Source: Acidimicrobiia bacterium
Lineage (GTDB): Bacteria > Actinomycetota > Acidimicrobiia > Spongiisociales > ZC4RG35
NCBI GenBank assembly: GCA_965215185.1
Contig: OZ244034.1
Span: 32,001-96,000, forward strand
Reading direction: 5' to 3'
DNA: 64,000 bases
How positions within the stretch are numbered: position 1 is the stretch's first letter; each line of letters starts with the position of its first letter. Shown here one piece after another: positions 52,625-61,580 of this stretch. The position numbers were made by a program, and so were the translations under genes. Under the pieces are notes generated by a model, which worked only from the letters and a program-made list of their open reading frames with translations, had not been told where the DNA came from and searched no databases.

Positions 52625-54224
52625 GGGACGCGGCTCGACGCAGGAGTAGGCCGCGGTAGGATTTCCACAGAGGATTCTCGGTGGGCCGCAGGGTGGGAAA
52701 GAGTATCACATCCCGGATGTGAGTGCGGTTGGTCAGCAGCATCACCAAGCGGTCGACTCCCAGGCCCAGGCCTCCGGTGGGAGGCATTCCGTAACCCAGG
52801 GCCAGCACGAAATCGTCGTCGACGGGGTGCAACTCCGGATCGTCCGCTCCCAACAGAGCCGCCTGGTTCTCGAATCGGAAAAGTTGATCGACCGGGTCGT
52901 TCAACTCCGAGAAGGCATTGGCGAACTCCACCCCGGCGATGAACAATTCGAAACGTTCGGTGAGTCGGGGATCGCGGGGGTGTCGGCGCGCCAGTGGAGA
53001 GACTTCCAACGGGTATTCCGTCACGAAGGTGGGGTTACGCAGTTTGGGGACGGCCAGCCGGTCGAACAGCTCGTAAACGACCCGCCCGCTGGTCCATCCC
53101 TCTCGAATATCTAGCCCCAGTTTCTCTGCCTGTCCTTGCAGTAAGTCCCGGGGTGTGTCGAGGGTGACTTCTTCTCCCAGCACTTCGCTCACCAGTTCCA
53201 GCATGGTGACTTCCCGGTAGGGGGGTTCGAGAGAGAGGGGAGTCTCCAACATGGGGTGCCCGCCCAATGCCTCGCCAGCGGCCTCTTCTCCCACTGTCGT
53301 GGTCCCCGTCGCTTTGGCGGCCACCGCCGGGATGACCTCTTCTATGAGTCTCATCACGTCCCGGTAGTCGCAGAATGCCTGATAGGACTCCAGCATGGTG
53401 AATTCGGGGTTGTGGGAAGAGTCCACTCCTTCATTGCGGAAGATGCGGCCGATTTCGAACACCCGCTCGAACCCGCCGATGATCAACCGTTTCAGATGCA
53501 GTTCGGTGGCGATCCGCATGTAGAGCTCTAGGTCCAAGGCATTGTGGTGAGTGAGAAAAGGACGAGCGGCGGCGCCGGCTGCCCGGGAGGAGAGGATGGG
53601 GGTGTCCACTTCCATGAATCCCCGGCTATGGAACTGATGGCGCAGTTCCGCTACCACCGCCGAACGGATCTCGAAGGTCCGACGGCTCTGGGGATTTACC
53701 GCCAGGTCCAGGTGGCGGTGGCGGGAGCGTTGCTCGATATCCCGAAGCCCTTTCCACTTGTCGGGTAGGGGAGCAAGACATTTGGCAAGAAGCGATAGTT
53801 CGTTGACGTGGATGGAGAGCTCCCCCCGGCGGGTGGTGATCACCTCTCCGGTAGCGCCGATCCAGTCGCCCAGATCCAGTTGAGATAGCACCGGTCCGGA
53901 TTGGGGGCTCAATGTGGAGCGGGATATGAATAGCTGCAGGTCTCCGGCTTGATCGGAGAAAGCGATGAACACCAAACGGCCGAAGTCTCGGATCGACCGG
54001 ATTCGTCCAGCCACCGCCGCTTTCTCTCCGGTCTGGACATCGGGTCCCAGGCCACCGTAGGAGTCCCGAATATCCCGGGTGGTATGGGTGCGGTCGAAAC
54101 GGGTCGGCCAGGTTTCCAGTTGCTGGGAGGAGAGACTATCCAGGCCTTCCAGACGCTCTTGCACTACCTTTTCCCAAAGCCCGACCGATCCCGGATCTGC
54201 GTCGCTGGGTTGCTGGTCAGTCAT
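52614..54224 (-). CDS. lysS: Lysine--tRNA ligase (class II)
   Basis: OB-fold (AGRI, GELS), ARPF, RIATELHLKRL, FRNEG, HNPEFT, ERFELF, YGMPPTGG.GVDRL. Confidence 0.98.
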   Translation of the reverse strand: MTDQQPSDADPGSVGLWEKVVQERLEGLDSLSSQQLETWPTRFDRTHTTRDIRDSYGGLGPDVQTGEKAAVAGRIRSIRDFGRLVFIAFSDQAGDLQLFISRSTLSPQSGPVLSQLDLGDWIGATGEVITTRRGELSIHVNELSLLAKCLAPLPDKWKGLRDIEQRSRHRHLDLAVNPQSRRTFEIRSAVVAELRHQFHSRGFMEVDTPILSSRAAGAAARPFLTHHNALDLELYMRIATELHLKRLIIGGFERVFEIGRIFRNEGVDSSHNPEFTMLESYQAFCDYRDVMRLIEEVIPAVAAKATGTTTVGEEAAGEALGGHPMLETPLSLEPPYREVTMLELVSEVLGEEVTLDTPRDLLQGQAEKLGLDIREGWTSGRVVYELFDRLAVPKLRNPTFVTEYPLEVSPLARRHPRDPRLTERFELFIAGVEFANAFSELNDPVDQLFRFENQAALLGADDPELHPVDDDFVLALGYGMPPTGGLGLGVDRLVMLLTNRTHIRDVILFPTLRPTENPLWKSYRGLLLRRAASLSQ

Positions 54225-54282
54225 GAGGCTTCAACCTACCAGCCAGAGGCAACAGAAGAAAGACAGTGTCCTTGATGCCAAG

Positions 54283-54327
54283 AAAAAACCGACCCGCCCT
54301 CGGGAGGGGAGGGAGGGCGGGCCGGTT
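54283..54327 (-). terminator. Intrinsic terminator (third hairpin of the candidate sRNA)
   Basis: AACCGGCCCGCCCTC-loop-GAGGGCGGGTCGGTT followed by TTTT. Confidence 0.8.
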
Positions 54328-54425
54328 GTATGCCTGCCGCCCCGGGAGGGGTGGAGGGCGGACAGGCTGCCCGCCGGCCTTCCGGGAGGGGACGGGGAAA
54401 GCCGGCAGGAGGAGTCGTCTTGTTC
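54283..54425 (-). ncRNA. Candidate three-hairpin small RNA with CCCCUCCC loops (6C/cuckoo-like architecture)
   Basis: Three GC-rich stems (54373-54406, 54332-54367, 54287-54327) with different stems but a shared loop octamer; promoter upstream; U6 tract at the end. Confidence 0.75.
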
Positions 54426-54431
54426 CGCCGA

Positions 54432-54460
54432 ATGATAGACAGTTCCCAAGGGTATGTCAA
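54432..54460 (-). promoter_or_regulatory. Housekeeping-sigma promoter
   Basis: TTGACA (54460-54455), 17-nt spacer, TATCAT (54437-54432). Confidence 0.85.
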
Positions 54461-54475
54461 CTCTTAGCGAAGGGT

Positions 54476-55234
54476 TTAGGAATTCAGTCGCAGCACTGCC
54501 AGCAAACCCCTGAGGGTGAGATTGTCTTCTATGTGGGTAATCGTCTCGCACACCGGCCCGATTAGCCTGGACAACCCCCCGGTGGCTACCACCGGCACGT
54601 CCTCGAGATGCTGTTCGGAGCAAATGCGTCTCACCAGACCGTCCACCAGACCCGCCCATCCGAAAACCAATCCGCTCTGAACAGCCTCGGTGGTGTTGCG
54701 TCCGGTGGCCTGTTTGGGGGCGGTGAGTTCCACACGCCGAAGTGCGGAGGCCGCTGCGGCCAGCGCGTCTCCCGCTACTTGCACTCCGGGGGCGATCGCT
54801 CCACCGCAATACGCTCCCGAGGAGTCGATCACATCCACCGTGGTGGCGGTTCCAAAATCAACGACTAGTACGGGCGCTCCGAACCGCTCCACGGCGCCAA
54901 TGGCGTTGACTACCCGGTCGGCGCCCACTTCGCGGGGGTTGTCGATGCGTATTTCCATACCGGTACGGGTTCCGGGACCCACCACCACCAAGGGACCGTT
55001 CACCATCTCCGCCAGCACGGGGCGCATCGCCGCGATGGCAGTGGGTACCACACTGGACAGCGCCGCGCCGTCCAGGGGTTTGGGAACTCTTGCGAGCAGT
55101 CCCTCAAAGAGAATGCGATATTCGTCAGTGGTGCGGGACACCTCGGTCGAGATCCGCCATCGGTGTTTGAGGAATTGACCTTGGTAAGCCCCTACGACTG
55201 TTTGCGTGTTGCCAATGTCGACAGCTAAGAGCAT
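54476..55234 (-). CDS. coaX: Type III pantothenate kinase
   Basis: DIGNT, SSVVP, NPREVGADR, VDFGTATT, GGAIAPG, ATGG, LTLRGL. Confidence 0.97.
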   Translation of the reverse strand: MLLAVDIGNTQTVVGAYQGQFLKHRWRISTEVSRTTDEYRILFEGLLARVPKPLDGAALSSVVPTAIAAMRPVLAEMVNGPLVVVGPGTRTGMEIRIDNPREVGADRVVNAIGAVERFGAPVLVVDFGTATTVDVIDSSGAYCGGAIAPGVQVAGDALAAAASALRRVELTAPKQATGRNTTEAVQSGLVFGWAGLVDGLVRRICSEQHLEDVPVVATGGLSRLIGPVCETITHIEDNLTLRGLLAVLRLNS

Positions 55235-56157
55235 GCTTCTACCTGGTGAAGAAGACTAGGTTGCTCCAGTCGGGTTCCCCGGTCCACTGCTAATCCGTTT
55301 GGGTGCGCATCGAAGAAGAGGTTGTCGATCAACCGCACTCCTCCCACCGTAGCAGCCACCGCCAAAAATGAGGGGCGGTCGAGGCTTTTCAAGAGCGAGC
55401 AATCGTGTTGGTCGGCCAGTTCTACATATTCCCAGGCCACGCCGGTTTCCGCCCCGGTCACCAGTTGGCGGAGAGCCGCGGCGGATCTCTCGCCAGCTTC
55501 GACGGCCAAAGCGGTCCTCTCCAGACCCCGGCTTATCTGCAAGGCGGCCTTCCGGTCTTTGGGGGATATCAGGACATTTCGGCTGGACAGCGCCAACCCG
55601 TCACTCTCCCGCAAGGTCGCACAGCCCACAATTTGGATGGGCAAGCAAAGATCGCGGGCCAGTTGCCGAATCATGGTCAACTGTTGGGCGTCTTTTCGTC
55701 CGAAGTAGGCCCGCTGCGCTCCCAATCCGGCCAGCAGTTTGGTCACCACCATGGCCACCCCCTCGAAGTGGCCGGGCCGATGGGCTCCTTCCATCGATTG
55801 AGTGACCGCTCCGGGGTCTATGGAAGTGGATTCGCCTGGTTTGTACATCTCTTCGGTGGAGGGTGCGAACAGCACATCCACTCCCGCCTCGACGGCAAGG
55901 TGTTGGTCGTGTGGAAAGCTGCGCGGATAGCTTTCAAAATCGGAGGATTGGTTGAACTGGCGAGGATTGACATATAGAGACATGATCACCACCCGGCACT
56001 CTCGACGAGCCCGGGAGATCAGCGAAAGGTGTCCTTCATGGAGGAACCCCATGGTGGGCACCAACCCGACGGGGGTCAGTTCCCGTTCTCCGCTTGCCTT
56101 GGCGGCTGCTTCGGCGGCGGCCAACCTGGCCGCCTGGAAGGTAGAAACCACTCTCAT
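55225..56157 (-). CDS. panC: Pantoate--beta-alanine ligase
   Basis: PTMGFLHEGH, VNPRQF, RPGHF, FGRKD, DGLALSSRN, RLIDN. Confidence 0.97.
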   Translation of the reverse strand: MRVVSTFQAARLAAAEAAAKASGERELTPVGLVPTMGFLHEGHLSLISRARRECRVVIMSLYVNPRQFNQSSDFESYPRSFPHDQHLAVEAGVDVLFAPSTEEMYKPGESTSIDPGAVTQSMEGAHRPGHFEGVAMVVTKLLAGLGAQRAYFGRKDAQQLTMIRQLARDLCLPIQIVGCATLRESDGLALSSRNVLISPKDRKAALQISRGLERTALAVEAGERSAAALRQLVTGAETGVAWEYVELADQHDCSLLKSLDRPSFLAVAATVGGVRLIDNLFFDAHPNGLAVDRGTRLEQPSLLHQVEACS

Positions 56158-56996
56158 GGATTTCCCCTGGTTTCGAAATCGCCTGTTGTTCCGGCGGTCG
56201 GGTCTTCGATCCCGGCCCGGTAGGCAGCCAAACGCCCAAGCAGTTGATACTGGTGGGCAAGCTGGGGCGAAATCGCCTCGGCGGCCTTCAGATGCCCGAC
56301 CAGGGTGCCGCGGTCTCCTCGGACAAACGGGCCGGTTACAGACTGATCAGGCCCCAATTGGAAGGAGTTCTCCATCACCTGCCTGGCCAGTACGCTGGCC
56401 TGCTTCAAGGGCACTCCCGCCGCTTTGAACAGGTCGGCGGCCACTCCCAAGACTGTTGGCAAGCCCAGGGCCACGGTGGCCGCTCCGGCGTGGTACAGGG
56501 GTTTGAATCTGTCTTCCAGATCAAACGTGGAGATGCTCAGGCTGTGAGCGAAAGATCGCAGTCGTTGGGCCGCGGCTTGGGATCGGGCGGTCACGGCTGC
56601 TGTGGATCCGGCCAGTACTTGAGCGCCCTGCTGGGGAGAGGGGAGGGTTTGCAGGGGATGAAGGCACCCCACTTCCATACCCACCCGCTCCAGCGCTTCC
56701 AGACGGTTGATCGAGGCGAACCCGGAAAGGTGAGCCACCGTGCGGGCTGCGGGTGGATCGGCGGCCAGTTGGCGGGCTGCTTCCTCTATGGCGTCATCGG
56801 GAGTTGCTATCAGCAACAGATCGCAGGCAGACAAACGGGCCGCGTTTTTTGTTCGGGTGGTTCGCAATTGCGGTGGGACGGATCCGGAAGGTCCGGGAAC
56901 GGTCTCCACCCGGTGTCCGGCCCACTGGGCGGCGATCGCCAGGGACCCTCCGGCCCGGCCTGGTCCGATTACCGCCAGGCTGATGGGGCCTTTCAC
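56154..56996 (-). CDS. Rossmann-like + DUF2520 protein (PanG-type ketopantoate reductase)
   Basis: GPGRAG, TPDDAI, HLSG, HPLQT, LYHA, TGPFVRGD; adjacent to panC. Confidence 0.85.
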   Translation of the reverse strand: MKGPISLAVIGPGRAGGSLAIAAQWAGHRVETVPGPSGSVPPQLRTTRTKNAARLSACDLLLIATPDDAIEEAARQLAADPPAARTVAHLSGFASINRLEALERVGMEVGCLHPLQTLPSPQQGAQVLAGSTAAVTARSQAAAQRLRSFAHSLSISTFDLEDRFKPLYHAGAATVALGLPTVLGVAADLFKAAGVPLKQASVLARQVMENSFQLGPDQSVTGPFVRGDRGTLVGHLKAAEAISPQLAHQYQLLGRLAAYRAGIEDPTAGTTGDFETRGNP

Positions 56997-57484
56997 TCTC
57001 CGCCGAGATAGTTGGGTATAAGAGAACGTCCCCGGGCGCCAAGGGGGCGTCCCAGAATCTGCTCGATGATGGTTACTGCGTTGACCGGGTCCGGAACAAG
57101 ACCGGTAGCCACCAGAAACCCGCTCATCAGGCCTGCCACATTCTCATCGATGACATCCCCATGCACCAATACCCTGGAATCGGGGTTGCTCAACAATTCG
57201 CTCAGCTTGTCGTACAGGCAGCGACGTTCGGTCTCTTCCACCTCGGGACTGATGGGAACCCGATGAGTGCCGAAACCGGACTTCTGGTAGACCTTGATGT
57301 TTTGATTGTTGGTCGACAAGGTGACTACATCGGTGATTCCGGCTTCTTTTTGGAGCCAAACCACTTCTTGTTGGCGGCGTACCTTGCGGTGTGCAACACC
57401 CTGTCCGCCCAGCCGTTCACTCACCGCTAAGCGGGAGGTGATGATCCATTTGAATCCGCGGGGCTTGAGGACACCGGCTGGCAT
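56993..57484 (-). CDS. Hypothetical protein, possibly tyrosine/dual-specificity phosphatase-like fold
   Basis: F.WI...LAVSERLG, GITDVVTL, VLVH; lacks the HCxxGxxR motif. Confidence 0.55.
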   Translation of the reverse strand: MPAGVLKPRGFKWIITSRLAVSERLGGQGVAHRKVRRQQEVVWLQKEAGITDVVTLSTNNQNIKVYQKSGFGTHRVPISPEVEETERRCLYDKLSELLSNPDSRVLVHGDVIDENVAGLMSGFLVATGLVPDPVNAVTIIEQILGRPLGARGRSLIPNYLGGE

Positions 57485-57490
57485 GGTGAC

Positions 57491-59425
57491 TTAGGAAGAG
57501 TGAGTTTGGTCGCGTCGGGTGGCTGCGGCTACCCGCTCACGTCCAGGATCACTGACAGTGATTCCCGGGGGTGGATGAAGGCGCATCTCGTGGGTGTCGG
57601 TGGCGTGCCACTTTGGCACGTCGTGGAGTACTTCCTCGATGCCCTCCATATCGAGTGTTTCTTTCTCCAACAGGGCCTCCACCATTCTGTCCAGGGCGGG
57701 GCGATGGGTCTCAAGTATCCGCCTGGCCTCGGAATGGGCCGCCCTGATCAGCTTGCGAACCTCATCGTCGATATCGGCGGCCATCCGATCGGAGTAGTCA
57801 GGCTGTCGGGTGTAGTCTCGACCCAGGAATACCTCAGCTCCCTGCTTGCCGTATGTCATGGGTCCGAGCTGGTCGCTCATTCCGTATTCCATCACCATCC
57901 GGCGGGCTATGGTGGTGGCCTTATCGATGTCGTTGGTCGACCCGGTGGTGGGATCGGCATAGATCAGTTCTTCGGCGCTCCTGCCTCCCAGCAGCATGGC
58001 TAGCTGATCCAGCAACTCCGAGCGCCTAACCAGGTATTTGTCGTGAGTGGGGAGGGCAAGAGTGTGACCGAGCGACCGGCCTCTGGCAACGATGGTTACC
58101 TTGTGCACCGGATCGGCCATGGGAAGCGCCCAGCCCACCAGGGCATGACCGGATTCGTGGAAGGCGATCAGTCGCCTTTCGTCGTCGGACATCACTCGGG
58201 CCTTCCGTTCCGGGCCGGCTATCACGCGGTCGATGGCCTCCTCCAGTTCGTCCATTCCCACCCGATCTTTGCTGTGGCGGGCGGAAAGCAGGGCCGCCTC
58301 GTTGATTAGATTGGCCAGATCGGCACCGGTGAATCCGGGAGTGCGCCGCGCCAGAACTTCCAGATCGATTTCGGGTTTGAGGGGTTTGCCCCGGGCATGA
58401 ACCTCCAGGATGGCTTGGCGACCCTTGATGTCCGGAGAGTCGATTACGATCTGACGATCGAATCGGCCAGGCCGGAGCAGGGCCGGATCCAAAATGTCGG
58501 GACGGTTGGTGGCGGCGATCACGATCACCCCGGTGTTGGTTTCAAAGCCGTCCAACTCCACCAGGAGTTGATTGAGGGTCTGCTCGCGTTCGTCGTGCCC
58601 GCCTCCCATTCCGGCTCCCCGATGACGGCCCACCGCGTCGATCTCGTCTATGAAAATGATGGCCGGACTGTTCTGCTTGGCTTGCTCGAAGAGGTCGCGT
58701 ACCCGGCTGGCGCCGACTCCCACGAACATCTCCACGAAGTCGGATCCGGAGATGGAAAAGAACGGTCGGCCAGCTTCTCCGGCTACTGCCTTCGCTAACA
58801 GGGTTTTGCCGGTTCCGGGAGGGCCGAACAGCAGGACGCCCTTGGGTATCCTGGCGCCCATGGCCCGGAATTTTTCGGCATCGGCCAGGAAATCTCTGAT
58901 CTCACCCAGTTCCTCAATGGCTTCCTCCAAACCGGCCACATCCTTGAAGGTGACATCGGGGTGGTCTTTCTTGACCATCTTGGCCCGGGTTTTTCCGAAC
59001 TGCATTATCCGGTTGCCCGATCGCTGCATCTGCATGAAGATGAAGACCATGAATCCAATCAGAAGCAGCCAGGGGAGCATTCCCACCAGCACACTCCAGG
59101 GTCCGGGAGGCTCATGATCAGTGTCGTATGGCACTCCCCGCTCTTCGAGCATCTCGGCCAGTTGTCCTTCATAGCCTTCCGGGTATTTGGCAGAGAAATC
59201 GTATTGTCCGGATGGCAGAACAGAGCCCTCGTAGCGTCCCCGGGCCTCTAGGGAGCGGGTGAGGATCAGTACCGACTCGATCCTGTCTTCTCCCACGGCG
59301 TTCAGGAATTCTCCGGTGGTAATCCCCGTAGTGGGGGAATCGTCGCTCCCAAAATTCTGAAATAGGAGAGCCATCATGACGATCAAGAGACCGTATACCA
59401 AAAGAATTCGGACGCTGCGGCGCAA
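57491..59425 (-). CDS. ftsH: ATP-dependent zinc metalloprotease FtsH
   Basis: Two TMs, [26 protein letters not shown] zinc motif; TTG start with TAAGGA RBS. Confidence 0.98.
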   Translation of the reverse strand: MRRSVRILLVYGLLIVMMALLFQNFGSDDSPTTGITTGEFLNAVGEDRIESVLILTRSLEARGRYEGSVLPSGQYDFSAKYPEGYEGQLAEMLEERGVPYDTDHEPPGPWSVLVGMLPWLLLIGFMVFIFMQMQRSGNRIMQFGKTRAKMVKKDHPDVTFKDVAGLEEAIEELGEIRDFLADAEKFRAMGARIPKGVLLFGPPGTGKTLLAKAVAGEAGRPFFSISGSDFVEMFVGVGASRVRDLFEQAKQNSPAIIFIDEIDAVGRHRGAGMGGGHDEREQTLNQLLVELDGFETNTGVIVIAATNRPDILDPALLRPGRFDRQIVIDSPDIKGRQAILEVHARGKPLKPEIDLEVLARRTPGFTGADLANLINEAALLSARHSKDRVGMDELEEAIDRVIAGPERKARVMSDDERRLIAFHESGHALVGWALPMADPVHKVTIVARGRSLGHTLALPTHDKYLVRRSELLDQLAMLLGGRSAEELIYADPTTGSTNDIDKATTIARRMVMEYGMSDQLGPMTYGKQGAEVFLGRDYTRQPDYSDRMAADIDDEVRKLIRAAHSEARRILETHRPALDRMVEALLEKETLDMEGIEEVLHDVPKWHATDTHEMRLHPPPGITVSDPGRERVAAATRRDQTHSS

Positions 59426-59520
59426 AATTTATTCCTTAGATGACAATCGGTGCGGACAGGGAGTAATAGGGAATAAGAGTCATGGTAGGCCAACTGGGTT
59501 CTTGTAGGTTAAATGTTAAT

Positions 59521-60042
59521 CTAAGCTTGGGACAGAATACCCACGTAGGGCAGATTCCGGTATTTTCCGTCGTAGTCCAGTCCGTACCCCACCACGAATT
59601 CCGGTCCGATCCAAAAGCCCACATACTTCGCGTCCACCGGAACCCGTTGGATGCCCTCCTTGTAGAGCAGAGCGGCGATTTCCAAAGAGGCGGGTCCGCG
59701 GACCCGAAGACTCTTGGTCAGATAATTGAGGGTGAGTCCCGAATCGACGATATCTTCGCAGATCAGGACATGTCTTCCCGATATCTCGTGGTCGAGGTCC
59801 TTGAGGACCCGAACCACCCCAGAGGTCTTGGTGGCGGCGCCGTAGGAGGAAACTGCCATGTAGTCGAACTGGGCCGGCAGTTTGATCTGGCGCACCAAAT
59901 CGGACATAACCATGAAAGTGCCCTTCAGCACCCCCACTATCAGCAGATCCTGCCCGGCGTAATCGTCGGTGATTCGCCTGCCCATTTCCTGGAGGCGGGC
60001 GGCTATTTGCTCGTCGGAGATGAACGGGGCTATCGAATCCAT
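59521..60042 (-). CDS. hpt: Hypoxanthine phosphoribosyltransferase
   Basis: GVLKG, VSSY, EDIVDSGLTL, FVVGYGLDY, RNLP. Confidence 0.97.
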   Translation of the reverse strand: MDSIAPFISDEQIAARLQEMGRRITDDYAGQDLLIVGVLKGTFMVMSDLVRQIKLPAQFDYMAVSSYGAATKTSGVVRVLKDLDHEISGRHVLICEDIVDSGLTLNYLTKSLRVRGPASLEIAALLYKEGIQRVPVDAKYVGFWIGPEFVVGYGLDYDGKYRNLPYVGILSQA

Positions 60043-60055
60043 CTATACCAAAACC

Positions 60056-61039
60056 TTAGCCGTTCATGATCATCAACAGCCGGTCACCGGACCGTTTCAC
60101 GACTACCCCACCCGAAAGGTCGGTGCGAGGAATCTTTCCGTGTGCCACCGCCAGCACTCTCGCCACTTCGGCGCTCACCCCGGCATGGGGGCCCCTCACC
60201 AGTCGCAATGCTCTGCGCACCACCCGCGAGGCAATCGGCGGGGAGAGCTCTACCAGCCGGGAGGAGGAAACCTCCATCGACCCATCGGGCGACACAGAGA
60301 TTGGGATGCTGGAGGCCGTCTCCTCCAAATAGGCGAGGTCGGCCCGGGCCAGTTCCGACAACCTCACCAGGCCCTCTCTGAGCCGGGGCTGATACTCCGC
60401 CTCCAGTTGGGGAAGCAGGCGGCGCCTGATTCGATTCCGAAGATACCGAGGGTCGTCGTTTTGGGGGTCGTCTTCCCAAGGGAGCCCGGCCAGGGTGGCT
60501 AGTTCGCGGGTCTGCGACCGCCATACTCCCAGCAGGGGGCGGTGGAACCGGCCACGGCTGATGGGTATGCCCGCCACTCCGTCCAGGCCCGTTCCACGCA
60601 GCAGGTTATGGAGAACCGTTTCGGCTTGGTCATCCGCGGTATGGGCGGTGATAACCACTTCATCGGGTTGGCTGTGTTCGGCCAGTGCTCTATAGCGGGC
60701 GGTTCGTAAGGCGTCTTCTGAACGGTCCGGTCCGGTGTCTATCACAACTTCCGCGATTTCTATTCCCAGGTGTTGGCAGATGGCGCCAGCTGCCTTGGCC
60801 ATCTGGACCGAATAGGGGAGGGAGTGGTTAACGTGCACCGCTCGGCATTTCCTCCCGGCCCGGATAGCCAGCCAGGCGGCGGCCGCCGAGTCGGCTCCTC
60901 CCGAAAGGGCCACCACCACAGGTCCACCGGGCAATTCGACGCGGCGGGAGATGTCACTGAACAATTGGGCCAAGCGTCTGGCGCCGGTTCTTTGAACAGC
61001 GGACTCATCCATCCCGGGAGGGGACGAGGGTATTTTCAA
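60056..61039 (-). CDS. tilS: tRNA(Ile)-lysidine synthetase
   Basis: SGGADS, AHTADDQAET, RPLL, DPQN, RNRIR. Confidence 0.95.
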   Translation of the reverse strand: MKIPSSPPGMDESAVQRTGARRLAQLFSDISRRVELPGGPVVVALSGGADSAAAAWLAIRAGRKCRAVHVNHSLPYSVQMAKAAGAICQHLGIEIAEVVIDTGPDRSEDALRTARYRALAEHSQPDEVVITAHTADDQAETVLHNLLRGTGLDGVAGIPISRGRFHRPLLGVWRSQTRELATLAGLPWEDDPQNDDPRYLRNRIRRRLLPQLEAEYQPRLREGLVRLSELARADLAYLEETASSIPISVSPDGSMEVSSSRLVELSPPIASRVVRRALRLVRGPHAGVSAEVARVLAVAHGKIPRTDLSGGVVVKRSGDRLLMIMNG

Positions 61040-61314
61040 CTAACCGACTTGTAGCGGGATCTGACCACTTTGGTGAAGTAGAGCACCACCGTCAGGACAC
61101 AAAAGATCAGGGCCAGAGCCAGGCAGGTCGGCACCAGAAAGCGGTATGTCCAGTCGGCTACCGGCTCGGCCAAGGAAGATTCCTCCACTACCACCGCCGG
61201 GACGATCTCCGCAATGTCCTCCGGTGTTTCTTGGGCCAAGGCGGGCAGGGCCACCCCCAAGGCCAGTGCCGCAGCCGAAGCCAGGATCACCCACCGTCGC
61301 CAGTTCATGGTCAC
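61036..61314 (-). CDS. Small secreted/membrane hypothetical protein
   Basis: Signal peptide (PALA-Q), acidic segment, C-terminal TM; 4-nt overlaps with both neighbours. Confidence 0.7.
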   Translation of the reverse strand: MTMNWRRWVILASAAALALGVALPALAQETPEDIAEIVPAVVVEESSLAEPVADWTYRFLVPTCLALALIFCVLTVVLYFTKVVRSRYKSVS

Positions 61315-61580
61315 AATAGATTACCCGATGGTTCTCCAAAACCTAAGTGGTGGGTCTCTTGGGCCAGCCTTCCAATAAGTCGCTCCATAAACACTTCAGG
61401 CACCTCCTCTGTGAGGTGGTGCCTGATGGTGTAGCGGACTCGGCGCTCCACGATTTCTATGTTCTTACAGGGCGGACAGTAGTCGATGTGCTGGACCAGA
61501 CGATGGGCGGTCTCGATTTCCAACTCACCATCGACGTAGCCGTACAAGTGGGTTGCGACCTGACGGCACTCTTTAGACAT
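61311..61580 (-). CDS. Zinc-binding anti-sigma factor (RsrA/RshA-like)
   Basis: C..V...LY.YVDGE, HIDYCPPC (HxxxCxxC); follows the ECF sigma gene. Confidence 0.9.
   Translation of the reverse strand: MSKECRQVATHLYGYVDGELEIETAHRLVQHIDYCPPCKNIEIVERRVRYTIRHHLTEEVPEVFMERLIGRLAQETHHLGFGEPSGNLL

Noticed and set aside
54302-54317. G-quadruplex motif GGGAGGGGAGGGAGGG on the plus strand
   Set aside because: It is present, but explained as the complement of the C-rich loop and stem; no independent support for a G4 role.
54290-54410. GGGAGGGG repeats as a CRISPR array or REP element
   Set aside because: The shared unit is only 8 nt in three copies and forms hairpin loops; no cas genes; the promoter and terminator fit an RNA gene better.
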